A DNA stretch of 61,119 nt, the filler included, from a bacterium (GTDB lineage Bacteria > JAJRZV01), in NCBI GenBank assembly GCA_024275095.1. It is 8 parts of 8 records of this genome, joined end to end, with 100 filler letters (N's around TTAATTAATTAA, not from the genome) between each part and the next. Parts side by side here need not be neighbours in the genome. Positions count along the whole stretch, not along the records: positions 16,166 to 20,010 come from JAJRZV010000114.1; positions 20,111 to 26,097 come from JAJRZV010000115.1; positions 26,198 to 41,018 come from JAJRZV010000116.1; 5 more parts are not named here. One strand, given 5' to 3'. Both the position numbers and the translations under genes were made by a program. Of the stretch, positions 19,255 to 28,566 are shown one piece after another; within the stretch, counting starts at the first letter, position 1, and the number at the start of each line of letters is the position of its first letter. Under the pieces are notes generated by a model. It had not been told where the DNA came from and searched no databases. It saw nothing but the letters and a program-made list of their open reading frames with translations.

Positions 19255-19863
19255 GTGAAAGTCCTGTTTGTGGAGGAATACAGTAAACGTTTACGCGAAC
19301 TTATTTCTTCTACAGGTATCAGTCGGACGCGGCTGGCAGAGCAGGCGGGCCTTGATTACACACACCTGTGGCGTATTGAAAAGGGTGAAGTGCGTCCCGG
19401 CCTGGATACTCTGCGCAAGATTGCCCGCGCACTGGGTATGAGTACTGGAGCACTGCTGGATTATCTCGAAAAGGGTTCGCAAAGAGCTCCCTCGGTGCTT
19501 TTTGAATACGTGAAACCCTCGTGCTCGCATCTGGAAGAGCAGATGGTCTCTTACGGTGCTGAAGCACGATTTCCACCGGGATGTACCCACGCGTGTGTAA
19601 TACGTACCGGCCGATTTAAACCGGTGTTTTCAGAAGGCACGATATTTTACGGTCACAAAGAAATTTTCCCTCGTCCTGGAGAACTCGCCTTTTCTCCGCT
19701 GAACAATCAGGAAGCCGCAGCTGGCGTGTATCAGCAGGTTGGAGAACAGGTGATTCTTCTCCCGTTAAATCCTGTGCTTCCCCCAGAGGTGCTCTCACGG
19801 GATGCACATCTCATTCGTGTTATGTGGGTTTTTTGCCCGGAGAAAAGGGGGCGAGATAAATGA
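19255..19863 (+). CDS. XRE-family HTH regulator with a degenerate S24-like C-terminal domain
   Basis: SRTRLAEQAGLDYTHLWRIEKGEVRPGLDTLRKIARALG; C-terminal VILLPLNPVLPP. Confidence 0.85.
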   Translation: MKVLFVEEYSKRLRELISSTGISRTRLAEQAGLDYTHLWRIEKGEVRPGLDTLRKIARALGMSTGALLDYLEKGSQRAPSVLFEYVKPSCSHLEEQMVSYGAEARFPPGCTHACVIRTGRFKPVFSEGTIFYGHKEIFPRPGELAFSPLNNQEAAAGVYQQVGEQVILLPLNPVLPPEVLSRDAHLIRVMWVFCPEKRGRDK

Positions 19864-20010
19864 AGGTTTTCCAGGTAAAGGTTTTACTCATCCACCACCA
19901 CCCACAGCTGGCTGACACGGGGCAAAAGCTGCACTCGGAGTATCGGGCTTTTTTGTGACAGGCCCGTCCAGGCTTCAACTGCTGTGCAGCTGTCGGTGCA
20001 CGCGCCGGTA

Positions 20011-20110
20011 NNNNNNNNNNNNNNNNNNNNNNNNNNNNNNNNNNNNNNNNNNNNTTAATTAATTAANNNNNNNNNNNNNNNNNNNNNNNNNNNNNNNNNN
20101 NNNNNNNNNN
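20011..20110. other. Artificial contig spacer
   Basis: N run with TTAATTAATTAA linker. Confidence 0.99.
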
Positions 20111-20181
20111 TGGATGCGACGATTAAATATCTGGATAAGTTCCGAGAAGAGCACTTCTTTCTGGGGCCTTGCCTGGGCCAT
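20111..20181 (-). CDS. Probable N-terminus of a Wzc/Wzz-like polysaccharide co-polymerase (truncated)
   Basis: MAQARPQKEVLFSELIQIFNRRI directly after the export protein gene. Confidence 0.45.
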
Positions 20182-20182
20182 C

Positions 20183-21232
20183 TCACTTCACCCTTTCCCA
20201 GATATAAAGGGAGTTGACCACCGTCTGGAGTGGTCGAGAAATAAACATGTCGAGGAGGGGCTGAATGAGCTGCAAGACCTCGTTGATGCTCTTGAGCTTG
20301 GAGCGTGGCACGTAAACAATGTCTCCCGGTTTCAATATGGTCGCCGAAGCATCAACAGCTTCACCCGAAAGAAGTGCATCCATATTAACGCTGTACATTT
20401 CCGGGTTGTCAGGCCAGTTGCGAATGATTTTCACCTGATCCCTCAACCCTCCCAAGGCAATACCGCCTGCCTCAGAAATCGCTTCGGCAACCGTCATGTT
20501 TTTCCGTGAAAGAATCACCTCTCCCGGATGTGCCACTTCTCCAAGGACAAACACACGCCTGAATGAAACTCCCGGAATAAATATGATGTCCCCATCGCGA
20601 AGATACACGTTTTCTTCGGCGTGCCCCTCTATCAAAATGCGGTAAAGGTTTACAGGGTAAACCTTGTTTTTACGGATAATGTATGTGCCCTCCAGAAATG
20701 CCGTGGGCAGAACGCCGCCTGCCAGAGCAACTGCCTGCAGCAACGTGGTCTCTCCGAGGAGAGGGATCATTCCCGGATTTTTCACCTCACCGACAATGTA
20801 CACCTTCCGGGCCGCGAACTCCTTCACCTGTAAAACCACTTCTGGTTTCCGAATGTACTGCTTCAATTTTTCCTTCAACAGGTCGGTAAGTTCCGATTCT
20901 GTAAGGCCGTCAACCTTTATACTCCCGATAATGGGCAGGGTAATGGTGCCGTTCTGCTGGACCCGGATTTCCCCCGAAAGTTCCGGCTGGTTCCACACCT
21001 TGACTTCCAGCACGTCGCCGGGTCCAATGCGATAGCCACCTGCCACGCTCTCCAAACTGGTTTGAGGCGCGAGCACAAGAGACACGCGTCCCGCAGGAGC
21101 AGGGCTCGTGAGCGGATGTGGCACACCAATTTTCTCCACCGTGACCGCCCTGTATATCGAGGGGCCACACCCCATGCCCGCGAAGGTCAGCACCCCCAAA
21201 AGGGCCGCCTTGACCAGGTTACTCAAGGTCAT
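20183..21232 (-). CDS. Polysaccharide export lipoprotein (Wza/SLBB family)
   Basis: Lipobox-like GMGC, YRIGPGDVLEVKVW, and two SLBB repeats (VYIVGEVKNPG, VFVLGEVAHPG). Start is approximate (21232 or 21244). Confidence 0.9.
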   Translation of the reverse strand: MTLSNLVKAALLGVLTFAGMGCGPSIYRAVTVEKIGVPHPLTSPAPAGRVSLVLAPQTSLESVAGGYRIGPGDVLEVKVWNQPELSGEIRVQQNGTITLPIIGSIKVDGLTESELTDLLKEKLKQYIRKPEVVLQVKEFAARKVYIVGEVKNPGMIPLLGETTLLQAVALAGGVLPTAFLEGTYIIRKNKVYPVNLYRILIEGHAEENVYLRDGDIIFIPGVSFRRVFVLGEVAHPGEVILSRKNMTVAEAISEAGGIALGGLRDQVKIIRNWPDNPEMYSVNMDALLSGEAVDASATILKPGDIVYVPRSKLKSINEVLQLIQPLLDMFISRPLQTVVNSLYIWERVK

Positions 21233-21587
21233 CCTTAAGATCATCAATGACAGGTTGCTCCTCTTTTTCCACGTAACGACGAATGTACTCTCTGTCATCG
21301 TCACTGAGAGATACAAACCGTAACCCCATTGCAGGAATGACATCCTCCTGCAACGTGGACCATACAACTTCACATTCGGCTTCAATCCAGCGAATGGAGT
21401 CCGGAAACCGAAACGCCACCTGTATCCGTTCTCCCGGAGCGTGCAAATGCAGTGTATGTATGAGCAGGCCTCCTTCCGAGATATCTGTAACGTGGTCCAC
21501 GTAAAAAGTCCCCTTTTGCGCATCTCGTATCATTACAGGCACACAATACAATTTTCGCCTGAAACGGCGTCGCTCCTGTGTCATCAT
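21219..21587 (-). CDS. PilZ domain protein
   Basis: ERRRFRR (RxxxR), DISEGG (DxSxxG) and MGLRF motifs. Confidence 0.9.
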   Translation of the reverse strand: MMTQERRRFRRKLYCVPVMIRDAQKGTFYVDHVTDISEGGLLIHTLHLHAPGERIQVAFRFPDSIRWIEAECEVVWSTLQEDVIPAMGLRFVSLSDDDREYIRRYVEKEEQPVIDDLKDDLE

Positions 21588-21731
21588 TAATATTATTGAT
21601 GATGCTTGATAGCAATTCAAGAAAGGTGTGAGAAAACAAGCAACATGTCATGGTTTTAAATTTAGTAGACATTGCTGAGACAGCCTTGAAAATATCGTTC
21701 AGACTTCTTTTGCGCAAAATGGAAGGCAAAA

Positions 21732-22661
21732 ATGCTTGTAATACCCCCGGTGTATAAAAAGTATATCTCCACTCTTCACGGAAGGGTCCTTCTCCTGGGG
21801 GGAGCAGACACGGGAAAAACCACCTTTGCACGGCTGCTTTACATCAGCTGGTATAAAAAACAATCCTTCCCGTGTGCTTTCCTGGACCTTGACCCCGGCC
21901 AGACCAAATTAGGTCTCCCGGGATTTCACTGGGGGCTCATCAACCACGGGTGGAAAAACGAACGCGTCGCACGCATGCTTGGATCGTTTTCTCCCCGGGG
22001 ATACGAACAACTTTCTCTGGAGAACCTGAAACATCTCACTCACTGGTTGAAAAAGCAGGAGGCAGAGGATATTGTGCTGGACACCTGCGGATACATACGT
22101 GATACCGGCATGGCTTACAAAATACACGTTGCAGAAATATTTGCACCTCGCTACACGGTTATTTTTTCAATGTCAAAAAATAATGATGAAGAAAAACTTC
22201 TCAACACGCTCATAAAAAATGGTATCGGGGGAGAGATTATCGCGTTTCCTCCGCAGGCATTTGTAACCCCACGCACCCGGGAAAAACGTATCAGATACCG
22301 CAATCGGCAGATAAGTCTCTTCGCAAAACGCGGCCACTCATTCTCCATGGTTGTGAAACTTGATCAATGCGAGATTGTTTCCAATGGGCATGTCCAACCC
22401 CTGAAAAAATTTTTATGCGATTCAGCTTCCTCCGAGCTGAAAAACAAATTAGGGGCGCTGAAGAAGGCAGACGGAACCCACATACCGTGTGTAGTGACAA
22501 ATTCAGTTCTTTTTGAAGACGGTTACCAGGTGGAGTTCCACATTATCACCGAGAAACACCTCACACCTCCAGCTGAAGAAGGAATCATTATTGCGAAAGA
22601 TCTGAACGTAGAAACATCCTCAGCAACTAATCACCCAGAAGCCGGGCGTGTTCAACCTTGA
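21732..22661 (+). CDS. Clp1/Grc3-family polynucleotide 5'-hydroxyl kinase
   Basis: Walker A GGADTGKTT, DLDPGQ, DTCGY, and lid motif RTREKRIRYR. Confidence 0.82.
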   Translation: MLVIPPVYKKYISTLHGRVLLLGGADTGKTTFARLLYISWYKKQSFPCAFLDLDPGQTKLGLPGFHWGLINHGWKNERVARMLGSFSPRGYEQLSLENLKHLTHWLKKQEAEDIVLDTCGYIRDTGMAYKIHVAEIFAPRYTVIFSMSKNNDEEKLLNTLIKNGIGGEIIAFPPQAFVTPRTREKRIRYRNRQISLFAKRGHSFSMVVKLDQCEIVSNGHVQPLKKFLCDSASSELKNKLGALKKADGTHIPCVVTNSVLFEDGYQVEFHIITEKHLTPPAEEGIIIAKDLNVETSSATNHPEAGRVQP

Positions 22662-23046
22662 TACACCTGTCCACCACCACTTTAATTCCGTGCTTCTCCA
22701 TCTTTTTTATGGCACGACGATTCACCACCCCCAGCTGCAACCACACAACAGGAACCTTCTTTCGTATGGCTGCTTCAGCCACTTCCGGCACACCTTCCGG
22801 CTTCCTGAACACATTTACAATATCCACCGGCTCATCAACCTCCTGCAACGAACCTCTCACTTTTTCTCCCAAAACTTCCTGACCCTGATAGGTTGGGTTT
22901 ACCGGAATGATACGATAACCGTGCTCTCGAAGATACATGGCCACACGGTACGAATCTCTTTCCTTACGGGCTGAAAGCCCTATTACAGCAATGGTTCCGG
23001 CCTGCTGGAGTATTCTTTTAATTTCTTTATCTTTTTCAACTGTCAT
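22627..23046 (-). CDS. CoA-binding protein (YccU-like)
   Basis: IAVIGLS, IIPVNP, DIVNVFR, VWLQLG and DRCIKVEH motifs. Confidence 0.93.
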   Translation of the reverse strand: MTVEKDKEIKRILQQAGTIAVIGLSARKERDSYRVAMYLREHGYRIIPVNPTYQGQEVLGEKVRGSLQEVDEPVDIVNVFRKPEGVPEVAEAAIRKKVPVVWLQLGVVNRRAIKKMEKHGIKVVVDRCIKVEHARLLGD

Positions 23047-23068
23047 CAGGTGTTCAGAGAATCATCCA

Positions 23069-23647
23069 TTAAGGGACTTCGCCTCGTTTAAGAAGCATGT
23101 CCAGTTCCACATTAACAACATCGCCAGGACGCAGGCGCTTCAGGTTCGTGGCCTTCAAGGTCTCAGGAATGAGAAACACTTCGAAGCCTCCGGAAACAAT
23201 CCGTGCAACGGTAAGGCTCACACCGTTAACAGCAACCGAGCCTTTCGGAACCAGCGCAGATTTCATCTCAGAAGGAACCTTTATGGAAAGTAGAGCCTCT
23301 GTGCCTGTGCGAAGCAACCGTATCACGCGTCCACAGCCGTCCACATGACCTGTGACAAAATGCCCGCCCAATTTATCACCAACTCTCAGAGAAGGTTCCA
23401 GGTTGACAAGCATGCCCGGACGTGCCAGACGGAAATTGGTTCGCGCAAGAGTTTCTGAAGAAAGATCCGCTGCAAAAGAAAATCCGCGTTTACGTGCCAC
23501 AGTGAGGCATACGCCGTTTACGCATACGCTGTCACCGATGTCCAGTTCGTTAATTACCTCAAACGATTCAACCACAACCTCAGCTCCTCTGCCGATACGC
23601 CGAAATCGTAAAATTTTTCCAACCTCTTTGATAATTCCTGTAAACAT
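23069..23647 (-). CDS. ribE: Riboflavin synthase (alpha chain)
   Basis: MFTGII, NGVCLT and GGHFVTGHVD motifs. Confidence 0.97.
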   Translation of the reverse strand: MFTGIIKEVGKILRFRRIGRGAEVVVESFEVINELDIGDSVCVNGVCLTVARKRGFSFAADLSSETLARTNFRLARPGMLVNLEPSLRVGDKLGGHFVTGHVDGCGRVIRLLRTGTEALLSIKVPSEMKSALVPKGSVAVNGVSLTVARIVSGGFEVFLIPETLKATNLKRLRPGDVVNVELDMLLKRGEVP

Positions 23648-23648
23648 T

Positions 23649-24737
23649 TCAGGGCTCTATTATCAACACCGCACTATTACCCAGCAATTTTACTTCTCTC
23701 AATTGCCAGCGTTCCCTGTTCTCATCCAAGATCCCAAATGCATCCCCTCCTTTCTTACCTGCAATTACAGGAGAATATATGCATATCAGCTCGTCAAAGC
23801 ACTTCTCCTCAATGAACGCAGCAAGAACCTTTTCTCCACCTTCAACCAGAAGTCTCATGATTCCTCTTTTTTCACCCAGTTCCCTGAGAATTCTTTGAAC
23901 AGGAATGTTCGACTTTTCGCATTTCACTGATATCACTTCAACACCCTTTCTCTCAAGTTGTACAACTTTTTTGCATGTGCGCGGTCGCGACGTGAACACA
24001 AGGGTGGGATACTGTTTCTCGACACTGTACACACGAGCATTCAACGGAGCACGTAACCGGCTGTCCAGTATCACCCTTAACAAACGCTTGCTCGAAGGAA
24101 TGGGTGTTTTTCGTATAGTCAGAAGCGGATTATCTATGCGTACCGTGCCAGCGCCAACTACCACAGCATCTGAGCGAGCCCTCAGCACATGTGCAAACTT
24201 TAGCGCTTCAGGAGAAGAAAGCACGGTGCCGCGTCCTCTCTCAAGCGTTAATTTTCCGTCGAGAGTGAGAGCCACTTTTAATGTTACAAAAGGCATTCTT
24301 TGGAGAATAAATTTTCGATACGGGCGATAAAACCTGGAAACCATGCCGTCAGGATCACACCGATCTATTTTCAAACCCTTATCACGCAAATAATCAGCTC
24401 CTCCACCCTCCACAAAAGGATTATCATCCTTCAGCCCGTAAACCACCCGGGTAATGCCAGATTTTACTATTGCGTGTGTACACGGCGGAGTTCTGCCGTG
24501 GTGATTGCACGGCTCCAGTGTCACAAACAACGTGGCTCCCTTCGCTTCTCCGCCCGCCTTCATCAATGCTTCCGCTTCCGCATGAAGCGTGCCCGGCCCC
24601 CGGTGAACTCCACGAGAGATAACCTCTCCATTCTTCACTATCAGCGCTCCAACAGAAGGATTTGGTGAAGTCCTCCCTTCCCACCGACGGGCCAGTGAAA
24701 GAGCCTGTTTCATAAAATGGACGTCTTTGTGATTCAC
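23649..24737 (-). CDS. ribD: Riboflavin biosynthesis deaminase/reductase
   Basis: TSPNP, HAE, TLEPCNHHGRTPPC, TLDGK and VEGG motifs. Confidence 0.96.
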   Translation of the reverse strand: MNHKDVHFMKQALSLARRWEGRTSPNPSVGALIVKNGEVISRGVHRGPGTLHAEAEALMKAGGEAKGATLFVTLEPCNHHGRTPPCTHAIVKSGITRVVYGLKDDNPFVEGGGADYLRDKGLKIDRCDPDGMVSRFYRPYRKFILQRMPFVTLKVALTLDGKLTLERGRGTVLSSPEALKFAHVLRARSDAVVVGAGTVRIDNPLLTIRKTPIPSSKRLLRVILDSRLRAPLNARVYSVEKQYPTLVFTSRPRTCKKVVQLERKGVEVISVKCEKSNIPVQRILRELGEKRGIMRLLVEGGEKVLAAFIEEKCFDELICIYSPVIAGKKGGDAFGILDENRERWQLREVKLLGNSAVLIIEP

Positions 24738-25531
24738 GGTTCTGAATTCACAAGTGAAAGGAGAGCTTTTTCAGGATCGGGGGATTTCATCAAGTATGTG
24801 CCCACGAGGAAACACCGCACCCCGAGTTGAAAGTACTGTTCCAGGTCCTCGGGACCGTTGATTCCACTTTCCGCCACAGCTACACAGTGGGGAGGGATGT
24901 GAGAAAAAAGAGGTAATACCTTTTCCGGTTCGACTTTCAGCGTACCGAGATTGCGACTGTTAACCCCGATAATCCGGGCTTCTGCCCTCAGGGCTCTTTC
25001 CAGATCCTCTTCGTCGTGTATTTCTACGAGAGGCTCCATACCCAGAGCGCGTGAGACCTGGAGCAAATACCTCAGCTCCTCATCCGATGGAATAATCCGG
25101 GCGATCAGAAGGACCGACGAAGCACCTGCCGCGCGGGCCTGAAAAATTTGATATGCCTCTATAATAAAATCCTTGCACAAAACGGGAAGTTTTGTGCAGT
25201 GAGAAGCGCGCGAAAGGTCATTCATGGAGCCCCTGAAATACTCTTCTTCCGTCAGCACAGACACAGCGATGGCACCCGCTCTTTCGTAAAGTCTTACAAA
25301 GTGTTCCACCTCGGCATCTTGTCGAATGTTTCCTTTTGATGGTGAGCTTCTTTTAAACTCGGCGATAATTTTTATTGGGACAGACTCATCCTTCAGGGCC
25401 CGGTAAAAATCTATGGGAAGCGGAATCTGCGAAATGCGTGACTTTAAAGCACTGATTGGCTCCGCAGTTGAATCCCTTCGAATGCGCGCTCTTACGGCTG
25501 AAAGTACTTTGTTTAAAAAATCATATTCCAT
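24734..25531 (-). CDS. trpC: Indole-3-glycerol phosphate synthase
   Basis: IIAEFKRSSPSKG, SVLTE, KDFII, GVNSRNL and AESGI motifs. Confidence 0.96.
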   Translation of the reverse strand: MEYDFLNKVLSAVRARIRRDSTAEPISALKSRISQIPLPIDFYRALKDESVPIKIIAEFKRSSPSKGNIRQDAEVEHFVRLYERAGAIAVSVLTEEEYFRGSMNDLSRASHCTKLPVLCKDFIIEAYQIFQARAAGASSVLLIARIIPSDEELRYLLQVSRALGMEPLVEIHDEEDLERALRAEARIIGVNSRNLGTLKVEPEKVLPLFSHIPPHCVAVAESGINGPEDLEQYFQLGVRCFLVGTYLMKSPDPEKALLSLVNSEP

Positions 25532-25784
25532 GGGATGTTAAATTCTATCAGGGATGGGAAAAGCACAAAAGCCCAAAATACAGCAGGCACTCTCTATCGT
25601 TGTAAGGAATAAAAAACAGGCCTGTAAAAAGGTTCTCAATAAAAACACCTGTATACATACAAAAACAATAACCCCATAAGAAATCACACGTTTTTGTAAA
25701 ACAGAGTTATAATACTCGTGTCTGCGCGAGTACAGTTGACACGGTGTATAAATATTTGGTTATATTTGAGAGGAGTAGTTTGGT

Positions 25785-26097
25785 GTGAAGGGGAAAGAAA
25801 AACAGGTCCACGTTGTTCCGAAATTAAACCCTGATGCACAACTCGAAGGAATCACGCTGACACCCGAGGAGTCCTTCATACTTTCACGTATCGATGGCAG
25901 TGTTAGCGTAATGGACATTGTCGCTGTGACAGGTCTGGAAGAGGAAAAGGTGATAGCCGTGCTGCAAAAATTTGCTTCTATGGGCATTATTGATGCACCA
26001 GGGCTTAAACAGGAAGATGAATGTGACCTCTCCGAAAAAGAGCGTCGCGAAATCGACGTTTTCGTGAAAAAATTAGAAGAAAAAAACTACTTTGAAA
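25785..26097 (+). CDS. Probable DnaJ-domain protein of the deltaproteobacterial type (3' truncated)
   Basis: LTPEESFILSRIDG winged-helix-like segment, then KNYFE as a J-domain start at the gap. Confidence 0.6.
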
Positions 26098-26197
26098 NNN
26101 NNNNNNNNNNNNNNNNNNNNNNNNNNNNNNNNNNNNNNNNNTTAATTAATTAANNNNNNNNNNNNNNNNNNNNNNNNNNNNNNNNNNNNNNNNNNNN
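26098..26197. other. Artificial contig spacer
   Basis: N run with TTAATTAATTAA linker. Confidence 0.99.
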
Positions 26198-26342
26198 CAA
26201 TTACCAGATTTGAGCCAGAGGGATTTTTTCCACTTGCCCCAACTAACATCCATGGAGGTGTCCCATGTGAGTAGCTTCTTATAGACGCTTACGTTTTTAT
26301 ATATTAGGGCTTGACTTTCTTAAACCAGACCCGACCCCAATG

Positions 26343-26792
26343 TCAATCTATCAGAGCTCTTATTTTTTCCAGTGCCTCCTCGGGCGTGCAAACCTGCTGT
26401 ATTCCCTCAATGCTCCATGTGCGATAACCGATCACGGGACGTCCCAGCTTGAGTGCAATGGCTATCTCGCTCAGGGTCCCGTAAGCGCCTCCTATGGCGA
26501 TAACCACCTGGCCCGACGCTGCCACGGCCACGTTGCGCGCATGTCCCAGGCCGGTCGGTATTGGAATATCCACGTGTGGGTTGGCATCACTGTGCCTGTA
26601 GGTTGGAAGAATTCCCACCGCGAGTCCGCCCCCGTCCTTTACCCCGCGTGACACGGCCTCCATTATTCCACCTAGGCCGCCTGTGACCACAACCACATCC
26701 ATCTGTGCAAGGCCTTTGCCAAGGTGATATGCAAAATCCAGTAAATCAGAACCCGCGTTGCCTGCACCAATAACTGAAACAATCCGTTTCAT
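26343..26792 (-). CDS. TIGR00725 family (SLOG/LOG-like) protein
   Basis: TGGLGGIMEAVSRG, GHARN and GGAYGTLSEI motifs. Confidence 0.9.
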   Translation of the reverse strand: MKRIVSVIGAGNAGSDLLDFAYHLGKGLAQMDVVVVTGGLGGIMEAVSRGVKDGGGLAVGILPTYRHSDANPHVDIPIPTGLGHARNVAVAASGQVVIAIGGAYGTLSEIAIALKLGRPVIGYRTWSIEGIQQVCTPEEALEKIRALID

Positions 26793-26820
26793 ATCAGCTC
26801 AGTGTAATCTGATGTCACTT

Positions 26821-28566
26821 TTATTTTACAACACAGGGACCATTGCAAAGGTCTTCAAGTCGGCCATCGTTAGCGGGATCGGCATCGAGAAATGTAAGAA
26901 AGAGGTCACGGGCCTGGATTGCCGGTTCCCTGGCAAGAAGCATTACATGGGGTGTAAGCAACTCGTAAAATATGTTGGGCTCCACCGTAAACTGATACAT
27001 GCCCCAGGAGGAAGTCTGTTCACTTCCTACAGGAGAAACCTCCAGCCCCGGCACCTTCCTTACATAAGGGTTGAAAAGCACAAGTCCCGCAGCTCGAGCG
27101 AGCGTGTTGGTGGTCTCATTAAGTACAATTCCATCATCCACCGATTCCTGGAGTACCACGGCTTTTACGTTCTTTTTCAACCATGAAGCGTAAGAAACAG
27201 GTTCTATGGCATCCATGATCGTCTGGGATAAACCGAGTAATACGGCAATATCTTCTATCGAGAGAGTCCGCAAAAGCTGCCTCTCTATTCCCACGAAACC
27301 GTTAATAAAATCTGAACTCATAACGCGGCCTATGCAACAACCGCCCACGTTAAGCACGGCAGCTTCCACCTCCCGGGTTGCAGATAACAGGACGGTACCC
27401 AGGTACGATCCCATCGACTGCCCGATGTAAAAAACTTTAACCGGCTCGTCTCTTCCAAAAATTTCCTCTGCATGGGTTTTAATAAAGTAGATGAGCAAAA
27501 ATTCCTGAATGACGGTTTCCACCTGAGCATCACGAAACACCCCGGCAAACGTCACGTCCAACTTGAGGAAAAGATTGATAAGACTGCCCGTGTACTTTTG
27601 ACGTTCGCCGTGAAAAGACGCATCTATTCCACCCATGTAGAATCCCGCACTGCACAGTTCCGGTGCCACGATTTCCATGGTCTCCTTCACGGCACTGAGG
27701 CCGTGGCCAAAAAGCACAAATGGTATCTCCCCTTTACTGCCGTCCTTTTCAGGTACTTTAAGAAGGAAAACGTTTCGGGTGATTCCTGTAGGCCGGAGGG
27801 GTTTTTTCAGCCGCCTGTTTTCATCAAGAAATTCCGGAAATTCCATTACCAGCCTCACGTTACGTGCGACGCCGCTTTCGTAAGAGGGGTATTCCTCGAC
27901 GCTTACAATGCGTACATCATCCAGTTCTTCCATGACGGTCAGGGTGATGGAGCGGAAATACGCGGCATTATCTCTTGTCCTGACAGGAAAATCCCAGATC
28001 GCCTGGACATCCGAAGCGGGCAGCCCCAGGCGCTCCACAATTTCTCCGTACCCAGGACGGGAAAAGATCTCTTCTTCTGAAAGCCCACTGCGATACGTGC
28101 CTCCATCTCTGTAAGGGAGAAAACCTTTTACAATTACGTAATACCTTTCCCCGGGACGGAACGCCTCCAGCGGAAACAGAACCAGGTATTTATCGCTTTC
28201 ACGTTGCCATGCAGAAAACGGGACGCGATGAGAAAGGTCCTCGTTCACGATAATGATCGGTGAGCCACTGGTAAGAGACTGCTCGTACCCGGAAAAGCGG
28301 TCGGTATCTACAGTACGGGACACGGGGATTATTACAGGGCTGACCTGGCTGAACCCATCTGCACTTTCCAGAAGTTCAGCATCAAGTCCTTCAGGCAACG
28401 CGTATTCTGGTACGTTCATCCTCCCACCCTGGAGAGAGAAACAAAAACTATTTGGAAAGGGAAAGAACGGACTGTCACTGTACGGGGTAATACAGTGCTT
28501 TTCACTCCCACACGAGGCGAAAAGGAAAAAACATATACCACCGATTATCCGGATTGCACGTCTCAA
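26821..28566 (-). CDS. Lipoprotein alpha/beta hydrolase (Pla-1/cef lipase-like)
   Basis: Lipobox FASC, DGFS motif, FGHGL, FHGER, nucleophile elbow GQSMG. Confidence 0.75.
   Translation of the reverse strand: MRRAIRIIGGICFFLFASCGSEKHCITPYSDSPFFPFPNSFCFSLQGGRMNVPEYALPEGLDAELLESADGFSQVSPVIIPVSRTVDTDRFSGYEQSLTSGSPIIIVNEDLSHRVPFSAWQRESDKYLVLFPLEAFRPGERYYVIVKGFLPYRDGGTYRSGLSEEEIFSRPGYGEIVERLGLPASDVQAIWDFPVRTRDNAAYFRSITLTVMEELDDVRIVSVEEYPSYESGVARNVRLVMEFPEFLDENRRLKKPLRPTGITRNVFLLKVPEKDGSKGEIPFVLFGHGLSAVKETMEIVAPELCSAGFYMGGIDASFHGERQKYTGSLINLFLKLDVTFAGVFRDAQVETVIQEFLLIYFIKTHAEEIFGRDEPVKVFYIGQSMGSYLGTVLLSATREVEAAVLNVGGCCIGRVMSSDFINGFVGIERQLLRTLSIEDIAVLLGLSQTIMDAIEPVSYASWLKKNVKAVVLQESVDDGIVLNETTNTLARAAGLVLFNPYVRKVPGLEVSPVGSEQTSSWGMYQFTVEPNIFYELLTPHVMLLAREPAIQARDLFLTFLDADPANDGRLEDLCNGPCVVK

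Noticed and set aside
18855..19863. Prophage suggested by the CI-like repressor
   Set aside because: No integrase, replication or structural phage genes on this contig.
19884..20010. Short minus-strand open frame ending ...RVSQLWVVDE* at the contig edge
   Set aside because: Possibly the tail of a truncated gene, but too short to assign.
21233..21523. N-terminal extension of the Wza-like ORF in the track
   Set aside because: It overlaps the PilZ gene in another frame; the lipoprotein signal starts near 21232-21244.
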